Part shown: positions 14,159 to 22,799 of the stretch, piece by piece | How the letters are laid out: each line of letters opens with the position of its first letter | Position numbering within the stretch: position 1 is the stretch's first letter | From: Verrucomicrobiia bacterium | GTDB taxonomy: Bacteria; Acidobacteriota; Terriglobia; Bryobacterales; Bryobacteraceae | Direction of reading: 5' to 3' | NCBI GenBank assembly: GCA_035578025.1 | Contig: DATJYJ010000026.1 | Location: 6,983-70,982, forward strand | Length of the DNA: 64,000 bases | Notes under the pieces: generated by a model | Databases searched by the model: none | Seen by the model: only the letters and a program-made list of their open reading frames with translations | What the model was told of the DNA's origin: nothing | Position numbers and translations under genes: made by a program

Positions 14159-16987
14159 TCAAAACCGGAACCGCAGGGCGAATTGCAGCGACCTTGCGTC
14201 GTTCACCGCGGTGATCTGCTTGAATGTCGGCGCCGGATTCGTCGGGTACGCCCCCGTGCCGAATACCCCGTTCAACGTCACGCCGTTGAGATGGTTGGTA
14301 AGATTGAAACCTTCGGCCAGCAACTCCATGCGGAGCCGCTCGGACAGGTGGAAACTACGGCTGAGGCGCGCGCTCAGGCCCAGAAAGTCGAATCCCGATC
14401 CGGCGTTGCGGTTGATGAACACCCCGTCGATGGTCGGCCGCGCCGCGGTTCCCTGGACGGTGTTGGCGCCCGTCGTGATGTTGAACGGCAGCGGCGAGTA
14501 GTACTGCAGCATCGCGGTCAGCTCGAACCCCCGGGCAACCCGCTGCCATCCGCGGTTCGCTCCGCCCGCCGGCGCGTGGACCGTGCCTTCCAGGACGAAC
14601 CGGTGGCGTTGATCGTCGTCCGAGCGGCCGTAGTCCTGCCAGATATTGTATTGGTTGACGGGTGTGCTGAAAAAGAACTCGCCCACGTTGTTGAGCGATT
14701 TCGAAAACGTGTAAGAGATGCGATAGTTGCCCCAGGCGGCCGGCCGTTGCACGAAGGAGACGTGCAGGCCGTCATAGTGCGAATCGGCCAGTGAAGAATA
14801 CTGGCTGTTGTTGCCGTACGCCGCGTTCGGACGGCACCCGTTGTTGGTTCCTGAGGCGGTGCAGGTAGGCACATTCTGGTTGATCGAAACGATCAGGTGC
14901 AGGCCGCGGACATGCTGGTAACCGGCGCTCAGCGTGCTGCGCGCGCCCATCTGCTGCTCGATCTCGAAACTGCCCTGCTCCGAATACGCGTTCTGCATGT
15001 GCGGATCCATGGTGCTGAAGTTGAACAGTACCCCCGGCGGCAGCGTCAGGCTCGAGAGAATGTTCGGAAACACCGGCGCGCCCGCCTGGGCCGGCGAAAG
15101 GCTCACGCTGATCTGGCTCAAGTGGCCGGGATCCGTCGTGTTGTTCGCCGAAAGCAGCGCGTTCGCCAGCGCGCGCAGGGGAATGCGGTCGTAGAACAGC
15201 CCGAAACCGCCGCGGATCACTGTCTTCCCCGATCGGAACGGAGTCCACGCGAATCCCGCACGCGGCGACACGTTGTTGGTATCGGTGGCGATGCCCCGCA
15301 GGTACTGCAAATCGTACCGCACGCCCACATTCAAGGTCAGGCGCGGGGCCGCCTTCCATTCGTCCTGCGCGTAGAACCCCACGTTGGGATTCGTCTGGGC
15401 AACCACGCTGTTCGCGAACGTCTGGGTGAAACCCGAAGCGTTGTAGGTCCCGCTCAGAAAGTTCGCCAGCGACGAAAACGCGTAGCTCCCCCGCGCCGAT
15501 CGCGGGAACGTGATCGTGTCGTCGTTGTACAGGAAATCCGTCCCCACCCGGATGGCGTGCGCGCCCGCCTGGTAGGACAGGTTGTCCGCGATTTCGCCCA
15601 GCCGGTTCAATCGTCCCGTCGGCGACCCCGACAACGTGCCGAACGAAGCCACTCCCGAAATGCTCACCGCCGGCCCGATCGGATCGGATGGCGGAGCCTT
15701 CAGGTCGCTGTTGGTGAACTGCCCGTGCGTCTCGTTCACCAGGTGCGTGGAAAAGGTCGCGATGTTGCTCACCGCCACGCTCTGATCGGTGTCGTCCAGG
15801 TTCGCCGAAGCCGTGGGCGCGCTCAGGCCTCCCGCGCCGCGCGAGTTGATCGCCGTAACGTGGTAGAGGCTGTAGCGGATGCTCGCCTGGTCCTTCTGGC
15901 TGAACTGGTGGTCGGCCTTGGCGAACAGATTCGTATTGTGTACGGGATTGGGGTAAATGCCCGTGGAGATCTGCGGACCCGGGTATCCCACCGCCGTGAG
16001 CCTGGCGTTGATGGCCGCCACGTTGGCCGGCGTGATCGTGGTCAGGCCGGACTGGTTCAGTTCCCGCTGCTCGAAGTTCACAAAATAGAACGTCCGGTCG
16101 CGCACGATAGGACCGCCCAGGCTGGCGCCGTACTGCGCCTGCGTCAGCGGCAGCGCCATCTGGGCCAGGGGATTGGCCGCGTTGAAACGCTGATTGCGGA
16201 AATAGCCGTACAGATCCCCGTGCAGCGTATTGGTGCCGCTGCGGGTCACCACGTTGACGTATCCGCCCAGCGCGCGTCCCAGCTCCGCCTGCCCGCCGGA
16301 GGTCACCACCTGCAGCTCGCTCACCACGTCTAGGCCGTAGAACGCTCCCGTCAGCCCGGCCGCGTCGTCGTTGTTCGACAGGCCGTCCACGATGAAGCTG
16401 TTCGAGAAATTCCGCTGGCTGCCGATTGAGATCCCCTGTCCCGGCACCGCCGAGGTCTCCGCGAAAAGCTGGTTGCTTGCCGTGTTGGTGGGAGATACCC
16501 CGGGAATCAACAGCGCCAGGTCCAGGAAGCTGCGCCCGTTCAGCGGGAGAGAGCGCACTTCGCTCTGCGATACCGTGCCCGCCACCTGGGTCCGCGCCGT
16601 CTCCAGCAGGTCCGCCTGGCCGTTCACCGTGACCACGCTCTCCGACGATGCCACGCCGAGTTCCACCGGGAGCTCGAATGCCGACCCCGCCTGCACCAGG
16701 ACGGTGCGCACGGCCTCCGCGAATCCGGGCCGCTGCACCCGGATCTCGTATGGGCCCACGCTCAGGTACGCAAAGCGAAACCGTCCGTCCTTGTCGGTGA
16801 GCTGCGCGTTGCCGATGTTGGTGTCACCGTTGCGGGCAGTGACCTTCGCGCCCTGAATCACCGCGCCGCTCGCGTCCTCCACGCGGCCGCTGATACTCCC
16901 GTATTGGATCGATTCCTGTGCGGCCGCCGTGATCACCCCAAGCAGCAGGAAACAAATGTAGACAGAAAACCTCACCCTCTGTAACAT
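14159..16987 (-). CDS. TonB-dependent outer-membrane receptor with an N-terminal carboxypeptidase-regulatory-like domain
   Basis: GSISGRVEDASGAVIQGAKVTA...GRFRFAYLSVGPYEIRV, then a plug and barrel, with a C-terminal ...LQFALRFRF. The start is set at the ATG at 16987 (MLQRVRFSVYICFLLLGVITAAAQE) with GAGGA upstream. The track start at 17002 is a GTG. Confidence 0.9.
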   Translation of the reverse strand: MLQRVRFSVYICFLLLGVITAAAQESIQYGSISGRVEDASGAVIQGAKVTARNGDTNIGNAQLTDKDGRFRFAYLSVGPYEIRVQRPGFAEAVRTVLVQAGSAFELPVELGVASSESVVTVNGQADLLETARTQVAGTVSQSEVRSLPLNGRSFLDLALLIPGVSPTNTASNQLFAETSAVPGQGISIGSQRNFSNSFIVDGLSNNDDAAGLTGAFYGLDVVSELQVVTSGGQAELGRALGGYVNVVTRSGTNTLHGDLYGYFRNQRFNAANPLAQMALPLTQAQYGASLGGPIVRDRTFYFVNFEQRELNQSGLTTITPANVAAINARLTAVGYPGPQISTGIYPNPVHNTNLFAKADHQFSQKDQASIRYSLYHVTAINSRGAGGLSAPTASANLDDTDQSVAVSNIATFSTHLVNETHGQFTNSDLKAPPSDPIGPAVSISGVASFGTLSGSPTGRLNRLGEIADNLSYQAGAHAIRVGTDFLYNDDTITFPRSARGSYAFSSLANFLSGTYNASGFTQTFANSVVAQTNPNVGFYAQDEWKAAPRLTLNVGVRYDLQYLRGIATDTNNVSPRAGFAWTPFRSGKTVIRGGFGLFYDRIPLRALANALLSANNTTDPGHLSQISVSLSPAQAGAPVFPNILSSLTLPPGVLFNFSTMDPHMQNAYSEQGSFEIEQQMGARSTLSAGYQHVRGLHLIVSINQNVPTCTASGTNNGCRPNAAYGNNSQYSSLADSHYDGLHVSFVQRPAAWGNYRISYTFSKSLNNVGEFFFSTPVNQYNIWQDYGRSDDDQRHRFVLEGTVHAPAGGANRGWQRVARGFELTAMLQYYSPLPFNITTGANTVQGTAARPTIDGVFINRNAGSGFDFLGLSARLSRSFHLSERLRMELLAEGFNLTNHLNGVTLNGVFGTGAYPTNPAPTFKQITAVNDARSLQFALRFRF

Positions 16988-17011
16988 GCGAAAAATCCTC
17001 ACTTCCCGAGG

Positions 17012-17052
17012 CGAAAAAAATTTGCCCCGGGGGCTAACCCGGCTTCTTTTTT
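17012..17052. terminator. Possible bidirectional intrinsic terminator
   Basis: A GC palindrome GCCCCGGGGGC is flanked by A7 (17014-17020) and T6 (17047-17052). It lies between the small Cys-rich ORF and the TonB receptor. Confidence 0.4.
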
Positions 17053-17069
17053 AGAAACAGCGAAACAGA

Positions 17070-17465
17070 TCAGCCGAGGATGGAAGGGGGCGGCCGTTGC
17101 CGGAGGGTATTGTCTACGGGGTGTACAATCGCGGCCGAGTGGAGAGCCGGCACTCCGCCGCCGATTCGGACCGGCGGCGCGATCGCACGCGCCGATGGCT
17201 TGAGGAGTCCGTTGGCCCTGCCGCTGGCCAGCGTGATACTGCCGCAATCTGGTTGGCAGTCGTTGCTGGTGACGGCCGGGCCCGAAGGGTTGTCCGCTCC
17301 CCGCTTCTTGGAACACGATTTGCCATGCAGCCGGCAGCAGGAGCAGTTCGATTCGCTGAACATCCGCGCCCCGAGCGGCGCCAGGGAAGCGAACGACAAC
17401 AGCAGGCTCAGACACGTAGCCCAAGCGCGCCGCATCACCCGAAAGTGAGATGTCTTGCTCAGCAT
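17070..17465 (-). CDS. Small secreted Cys-rich hypothetical protein
   Basis: Signal-like MRRAWATCLSLLLSFASLAPLGA (from the internal ATG at 17435), followed by NCSCCRLHGKSC...NDCQPDCG. No family was recognised. Confidence 0.45.
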   Translation of the reverse strand: MLSKTSHFRVMRRAWATCLSLLLSFASLAPLGARMFSESNCSCCRLHGKSCSKKRGADNPSGPAVTSNDCQPDCGSITLASGRANGLLKPSARAIAPPVRIGGGVPALHSAAIVHPVDNTLRQRPPPSILG

Positions 17466-17608
17466 CCCCTCTGGCAGACAACTATACCACGCGCTTCGTG
17501 CCCCGGTTCATGTTCCCGTGCCCGGCAACTTTACCTCCGCGAACCCCAGATGCGGCACCGGGGTGGGCGGGCGTCCGTCGTCCACCGGCGCCGACCCCTC
17601 CCTTTTTC

Positions 17609-17640
17609 GCTTCTCTGCTTCTTCGCTTCCTTGCTTCTTC
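17609..17640. repeat. Four tandem 8-nt repeats (GCTTCTYY) within a polypyrimidine tract
   Basis: gcttctct gcttcttc gcttcctt gcttcttc read directly from the sequence. They are embedded in a plus-strand stretch of about 60 nt that is almost purine-free (17595-17655), in a divergent intergenic region. Confidence 0.7.
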
Positions 17641-17738
17641 CCCTTCGTCCCACCCCAGTTCCGCCCATATTTCATTGAAAACAAACAATCTACACCCAAA
17701 TTCCTTGCACCCCCGCGGTATCCTGGTATCAGGAGGGG

Positions 17739-18302
17739 ATGTCTCTCCCTCCACCCAACGCCATGGCTTCCGAAAAGCAAATTCGTGCCAACCGTGCCAA
17801 CGGCGCGCGCTCCCGCGGCCCCAAGACACTCGAGGGCAAGGCTCGCTCCTCGCAAAACGCCACCCGCCACGGACTTCGTTCCAAAACTGTCCTGATGCGC
17901 AATGAAGATCCCGAGGCCTTCCACCGCCTCTTAAATATGTATGTCGCGCGCCTCGGCCCTCGCGACCAGGCCGAAATGTCGCTTGTCAGCGAGTTGGCCG
18001 CTGCCCTATGGCGCCAGCGCCGCGCCATGGCCATGGAGCGCGATACCCTCGAGCTCGAAATGCACAATCACTCCGGCGACGCAATCGATCGCCTCGTCGA
18101 ATCCTTCGCCGCCCAGCTACCCAAGCTCCAGCTCCTCCACCGCTACCAGGCCCACTTCAATATTGCGCTCACCCGCGCCCTCCGCGCCCTCGTTGCGAAG
18201 CAGCGCGGATGCCGAACGAACCCAATTACCCCCTTTGTTTTCAACAAAACTCCCCAACCCGAACCCGCCGCGAAACCACCGAAACCCCGCCCCGCCCCCT
18301 AA
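17739..18302 (+). CDS. Conserved hypothetical protein (N-terminal QIRANRANGARSRGPKTLEGKARSSQNATRHGL motif)
   Basis: AGGAGG lies immediately upstream of the ATG at 17739. The N-terminal motif resembles a widespread uncharacterised family I recall from Acidobacteria and Planctomycetes. The C-terminus is Pro-rich. Confidence 0.6.
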   Translation: MSLPPPNAMASEKQIRANRANGARSRGPKTLEGKARSSQNATRHGLRSKTVLMRNEDPEAFHRLLNMYVARLGPRDQAEMSLVSELAAALWRQRRAMAMERDTLELEMHNHSGDAIDRLVESFAAQLPKLQLLHRYQAHFNIALTRALRALVAKQRGCRTNPITPFVFNKTPQPEPAAKPPKPRPAP

Positions 18303-18309
18303 ATTTCCC

Positions 18310-18338
18310 TTGACAATGTACTATATCACTAATACACT
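18310..18338 (+). promoter_or_regulatory. Sigma-70-like promoter with embedded ACTA repeats upstream of the GntR gene
   Basis: TTGACA (18310-18315), a 17-nt spacer, then TACACT (18333-18338), in a locally AT-rich island. ACTA recurs at 18320, 18328 and 18336 (8-nt period). The ATG at 18348 is only 10 nt after the -10 box. Confidence 0.5.
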
Positions 18339-18347
18339 AGGAAACAG

Positions 18348-18767
18348 ATGAGCACCACGCCGACCCAACGGAAACCCATCGAGTTCCGGCTCGACCTGCA
18401 AAGCGGCGTCCCCGTCTACCGCCAGATCATCGACCAGGTCATGGGACGCATGGCGGCGGGGTCGCTCCAGCCGGGGGATCAGCTCCCTACCGTGCGGCAG
18501 GTCGCGGTTGACCTCGCCATTAATCCCAATACCGTGCAGCGCGCGTACCGGGAAATGGAGATTCGCGGCGTCCTGGAAACCCACCAGGGCACCGGCACAT
18601 TCATTGGCCAGCAGAAAGTCAAGCAAAGCGACGTGGAGCGCCGCCGCCAGTTAACCCAGCTCGTGAGCGATTTCGTCGCCCGCGCCGGAGCGGCCGGCTT
18701 CACCACCAAAGAGCTTTTGGAGGAGATCCATGCTTTTAACACCGAAGGCGAGCGGAAAAGGAGGTAG
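18348..18767 (+). CDS. GntR-family transcriptional regulator, YtrA-like short subfamily
   Basis: The wHTH reads GDQLPTVRQVAVDLAINPNTVQRAYREMEIRGVLETHQGTGTFI. The short C-terminal tail is typical of the YtrA type. Confidence 0.9.
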   Translation: MSTTPTQRKPIEFRLDLQSGVPVYRQIIDQVMGRMAAGSLQPGDQLPTVRQVAVDLAINPNTVQRAYREMEIRGVLETHQGTGTFIGQQKVKQSDVERRRQLTQLVSDFVARAGAAGFTTKELLEEIHAFNTEGERKRR

Positions 18768-18771
18768 TACA

Positions 18772-19638
18772 ATGCGATTCGATCAGGTGCGAGTAAGCCA
18801 GGTAGGCGTGGCGCTGTTCGTCATCTCCGTGGCCACCGGACTCGGGCTCTCGGCGATTCTGGGCAATCCCGTCTGGGTTGTGCCCGCGCTGCTCGTGGGC
18901 CTGTACCTGTTGTTCTCCATCCGCGTGGCCGATCAATGGGAGCGCGTCGCCGTGCTCCGCTTCGGCAAGTACCGCGGCCTCGCCGGCCCGGGCATGTTCC
19001 ACGTGATCCCCATCGTCGATGTCGCGGCCCGCTACGTCGATCAGCGCGTGCGCGTGGCCAGCGTCAGCGCCGAATCCACCCTGACCCGCGATACCGTGCC
19101 CGTCAACGTCGACGCCATTGTCTTCTGGATGGTGTGGAACGCCGAGAAGGCCGTCCTCGAAGTCCAGAACTTCGACGAGGCCATCATGATGAGCGCCCAA
19201 ACAGCGTTACGGGAGTCCATCGGACGCCATGAGCTGCACCAGATGGTCGCCGAGCGCGAAATGCTCGGCACCGAGTTGCAGCGCATCCTCGACGAGAAGA
19301 CTAACCCCTGGGGCATCACGGTGCAGAGCGTCGAGATCCGCGACGTGCAGATCCCGCCGGAGCTTCAGGACGCTATGTCGCGCGAGGCGCAGGCCGAGCG
19401 CGAGCGCCGCGCCCGCGTGATCCTCGGCCTGGCTGAGACGGAGATCGCGGACAAGTTCTCCACCGCGGCGGAGACCTATCAGAACAATCCCGTGGCGCTG
19501 CACCTCCGCGCCATGAACATGCTGTACGAGGCCATCAAGGAGCGCGGCTCCATGGTGATCGTGCCTTCGAGTGCGGTCGAGACCATGGGGCTCGGCGGCA
19601 CGCTGGCCACCGCCACGCTGGGAGGCGCGAAGCCGTAA
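18772..19638 (+). CDS. SPFH/band-7 (stomatin-like) membrane protein
   Basis: Trimmed to the ATG at 18772 with AAAGGAGG upstream. An N-terminal TM is followed by ADQWERVAVLRFGKYRGLAGPGMFHVIPIVD and a coiled-coil region REAQAERERRARV. Confidence 0.9.
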   Translation: MRFDQVRVSQVGVALFVISVATGLGLSAILGNPVWVVPALLVGLYLLFSIRVADQWERVAVLRFGKYRGLAGPGMFHVIPIVDVAARYVDQRVRVASVSAESTLTRDTVPVNVDAIVFWMVWNAEKAVLEVQNFDEAIMMSAQTALRESIGRHELHQMVAEREMLGTELQRILDEKTNPWGITVQSVEIRDVQIPPELQDAMSREAQAERERRARVILGLAETEIADKFSTAAETYQNNPVALHLRAMNMLYEAIKERGSMVIVPSSAVETMGLGGTLATATLGGAKP

Positions 19639-19660
19639 CCCGGCGCGTTAGGATAGATCC

Positions 19661-20344
19661 ATGCGCATACTACCTCTCACACTGTCGCTGGCGATTGGCT
19701 GCGCTCCGCTGTTTGCGGCCGATGAGAAGGCCAAGACCGCGGAGCGCCTCGGCGATGCCGCCACGCTCTTCTCCGAAGTCATGGGCACCCCCGACCGCTC
19801 CATCCCGCAGGGCCTGCTCGACAAGTCGTACTGCATCGTGCTCGTGCCTTCGCTCAAGAAAGCCGCGTTCGTCGTCGGCGGGAAGTACGGCCACGGCTAT
19901 GCCCTCTGCCGCGCCCAGGGAGGAACGGGATGGGGGCCGCCCGCGGCCATCCGCATCGAAGGCGGCAGCTTCGGTCTCCAGATCGGCGTCGCCGCAACCG
20001 ACGTGATCCTGCTCATCATGAACGAGAGCGGCATGAAGAAGCTGACCACCAGCAAGTTCACCATCGGCGGAGAGGCCACGGCCGCCGCCGGCCCCGTGGG
20101 CCGTAATGCCACCGCCCAGACCGATGCGCTCATGACCGCCGAAATCCTGTCCTGGTCGCGTTCCAAGGGCCTCTTCGCCGGCGTCTCGCTCGATGGCGCC
20201 ACGCTGCGCAACGACATCGACGAGAACCAGGTGATGTACGGCCAGCGCTGGTCCAGCAAGGACATTCTCAATAGCGGAGCCAAACCGCCCGAGGCGGCGT
20301 CTAAGCTGATCGCCGCGCTCAATAAGTACTCGATGCGCAAGTAA
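19661..20344 (+). CDS. Secreted SYLF/DUF500 (Ysc84-like lipid-binding) domain protein
   Basis: Signal peptide plus KSYCIVLVPSLKKAAFVVGGKYGHG and GGSFGLQIG...TIGGEATAAAGPVGR, characteristic of SYLF. Confidence 0.8.
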   Translation: MRILPLTLSLAIGCAPLFAADEKAKTAERLGDAATLFSEVMGTPDRSIPQGLLDKSYCIVLVPSLKKAAFVVGGKYGHGYALCRAQGGTGWGPPAAIRIEGGSFGLQIGVAATDVILLIMNESGMKKLTTSKFTIGGEATAAAGPVGRNATAQTDALMTAEILSWSRSKGLFAGVSLDGATLRNDIDENQVMYGQRWSSKDILNSGAKPPEAASKLIAALNKYSMRK

Positions 20345-20381
20345 CGCGGGCCTCCCGGCCCGCAACCTGGAGGGGGAAATC

Positions 20382-22799
20382 ATGACACGCGCGCTCCGGC
20401 GGGACCCTGTCCTGCTGGTCACCGCCGCGCTGACGCTCGCCGTCTGCATCGGCGCCAACACCACGGTGTTCAGCCTGGTGAATTCGATCCTGCTGCGGCC
20501 GCTGCCGTACGCCGATCCCGGCCGCCTGTACTGGGTAACCGAGCGCTTCGGCGGCGGCGCCATGGAAGTGGCCACCGGCCCGGACTACTACAGCCTCCGC
20601 AAGATGCGCCGTCTCTTCGCCGAAGCCGGAGCCTACGGCACGTACACCGTGAACTGGAGCGGCGTCGACCGGCCCGAGCAACTCGAGGCCGCGCAGGTCA
20701 CACCCTCGTTTTTCGCCACCCTCGGCATCCGGCCGATGATCGGCCGCTACCTTGCGGATGGTGAGGAGGGCCGCAACACGCCGCCCGTCGCCGTGCTCAG
20801 CTACGCCTTCTGGCGCAGCCGCCTGGCCAGCGACCCCCACGTGGTCGGCAAGACCGTCACGCTCGATGGCACGGCCTGCAACGTCGTCGGAGTCATGCCG
20901 CAGGGCTTCGACTACCCGCATGGCACCCAGGTCTGGCGGCCCCAGCCCATGGACGAGGCGTCTCAGCTTCCGCGCTCGGCCCAGCGGCCAATGCGGCTCG
21001 TCAGCATCGTCGCGCGGCTCAACCCGGCGGTCCGCGCCGAAGCCGTCGATGCCCAAATGGACACCGCCACGCGCAGCATCCGCAACGAGTATCCGAAGGA
21101 CTTCGAAGCCGATGCCTTCCTGAAGGGCATGCAGATCGTCGCCGTGCCGCTGGCGCGCCGCATCACCGGCGACCTGCGCCCGGCGCTCTGGGCGTTGACC
21201 GGTGCCGTCGGGCTCGTCCTGCTGATTGCCTGCGCCAACCTGGCCAACCTGCTCCTGGCGCGCGCGGCCGCGCGGCGCCGCGAACTCGCAGTGCGAATGG
21301 CGCTGGGCTCCACGCGCGGGCGGCTGGTGCGCGACGTGCTCGTGGAGAGCCTCGTGCTCGCCCTGCCGGGAGGCGCCGCGGGCGCGCTGCTCGCGGCGCT
21401 CGCCATCGAGGCGCTCAATTCCTGGAAGCCGCTCGTGCTCGACCGCTACCCCCCCATCGCCATGGACCTGCGCACCCTCGCCTTCACCTTCGGGCTCACG
21501 CTGCTCACGGGAGTGGTGTTCGGCCTCGCGCCGGCCCTGGGCGCGGCCGGGGTCAACATCATCGAAGCCCTGAAGGCCGCGGGCGCGCATACCGGCGCCG
21601 TCGGTGCCGCGCGCCTGCGGCGTCTGCTGGTAGTGGCCGAGCTGGCGGTTTCCCTGGTGCTGCTCATCGGCGCGGGCCTGCTGGCGCGCAGCTTCGTGAA
21701 CCTCGCCCGTACGCCGCTCGGCTTTCCCTCGGACAACCTGCTCACCTTCCGCGTGAACCTCACCGGTCCCCGCTATGCCACGGGCGACAACCAGATGCGC
21801 TACCACGAAGACGCACTGGCCGGCCTGCGCGCGCTGCCCATGGTAAAGAGCGCCGCGGCGGCCACCGACCTCCCGCTGGGCGGCGAGCGGCCCTACCTGG
21901 TGATCGCCTTCCAGGTCGCCGGACGCGCTCCGCTGCCCCCGGCCCAGTGGCCGCAGAGCAACCAGACCCTGGTGAGCCGCGACTACTTCGCCGCCATGGG
22001 AATTCCCCTCCGCACCGGGCGCCTCTTCGACGCGCAGGACACGCCCAAGGCGGCGGCCAACATCCTCGTGAACGACGCCTTCGTGCGCAAGGTCTTTCCG
22101 GGCGAGGACCCGGTGGGACGCACCGTCGTGATCGGCCGCGAGGGCAACCGCAAGACGATCGTGGGTGTGGTGGGCAGCGTGCGCGGCAGCGCGCTCGGCG
22201 AAGATCCGCCGCCCCTCATCTACAATTGCCTCTGCCAGCAGGGCAACAACCGCTTCCTCTCCATGATGTACATGTCGGTTCGCACCACCGGCGATCCCCG
22301 GGCGGCATTGCGCGCGGTGGAGGACCGGATGTTCTCCGTCGACCGCTCGCAGCCCGTCTTCGACGTCAAGACCATGGACGAGCGCGTGTCCGCCGCCCTT
22401 GCCCCGCAGCGCTTCAACCTTCTGCTGCTCGGTCTGTTTGCGGCCATGGCCGTGGTGCTCGCCTCGCTCGGCGTCTACGGCGTGATGGCCTACCTGGTAA
22501 CCCGGCGCACCCGCGAGATCGGCATCCGCATCGCCATCGGCGCGCGGCCCGAGCAGGTACAGCGCCAGGTGCTGGTGGAGACCGCCTGGCTGGCCGCCGC
22601 CGCGGTATGCGCAGGCCTGGCCGGAGCCTGGGGACTCACGCGCTACCTGCGATCGCTGCTCTATGGCGTGACCGCGCTCGACGCCGCCACCTTCGTCGCG
22701 GCCGCGGCGCTGCTGGTCGTGATCGCGATCGCGGCCAGCGCGGCGCCGGCCCGGCGCGCGTCACTCGTTGACCCGGTCATGGCCCTGCGCGAAGAGTGA
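20382..22799 (+). CDS. ADOP-type (MacB/FtsX-like duplicated) ABC transporter permease
   Basis: 805 aa with two FtsX-like 4-TM modules separated by a large periplasmic domain. The N-terminus LTLAVCIGANTTVFSLVNSILLRPLPYADPGRL is typical of acidobacterial duplicated orphan permeases. No cognate ATPase gene is adjacent. Confidence 0.85.
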   Translation: MTRALRRDPVLLVTAALTLAVCIGANTTVFSLVNSILLRPLPYADPGRLYWVTERFGGGAMEVATGPDYYSLRKMRRLFAEAGAYGTYTVNWSGVDRPEQLEAAQVTPSFFATLGIRPMIGRYLADGEEGRNTPPVAVLSYAFWRSRLASDPHVVGKTVTLDGTACNVVGVMPQGFDYPHGTQVWRPQPMDEASQLPRSAQRPMRLVSIVARLNPAVRAEAVDAQMDTATRSIRNEYPKDFEADAFLKGMQIVAVPLARRITGDLRPALWALTGAVGLVLLIACANLANLLLARAAARRRELAVRMALGSTRGRLVRDVLVESLVLALPGGAAGALLAALAIEALNSWKPLVLDRYPPIAMDLRTLAFTFGLTLLTGVVFGLAPALGAAGVNIIEALKAAGAHTGAVGAARLRRLLVVAELAVSLVLLIGAGLLARSFVNLARTPLGFPSDNLLTFRVNLTGPRYATGDNQMRYHEDALAGLRALPMVKSAAAATDLPLGGERPYLVIAFQVAGRAPLPPAQWPQSNQTLVSRDYFAAMGIPLRTGRLFDAQDTPKAAANILVNDAFVRKVFPGEDPVGRTVVIGREGNRKTIVGVVGSVRGSALGEDPPPLIYNCLCQQGNNRFLSMMYMSVRTTGDPRAALRAVEDRMFSVDRSQPVFDVKTMDERVSAALAPQRFNLLLLGLFAAMAVVLASLGVYGVMAYLVTRRTREIGIRIAIGARPEQVQRQVLVETAWLAAAAVCAGLAGAWGLTRYLRSLLYGVTALDAATFVAAAALLVVIAIAASAAPARRASLVDPVMALREE

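Noticed and set aside
20319-21806. 495-aa minus-strand ORF opposite the ADOP permease
   Set aside because: It is an antisense shadow ORF with Arg/Gly/Glu-rich low complexity.
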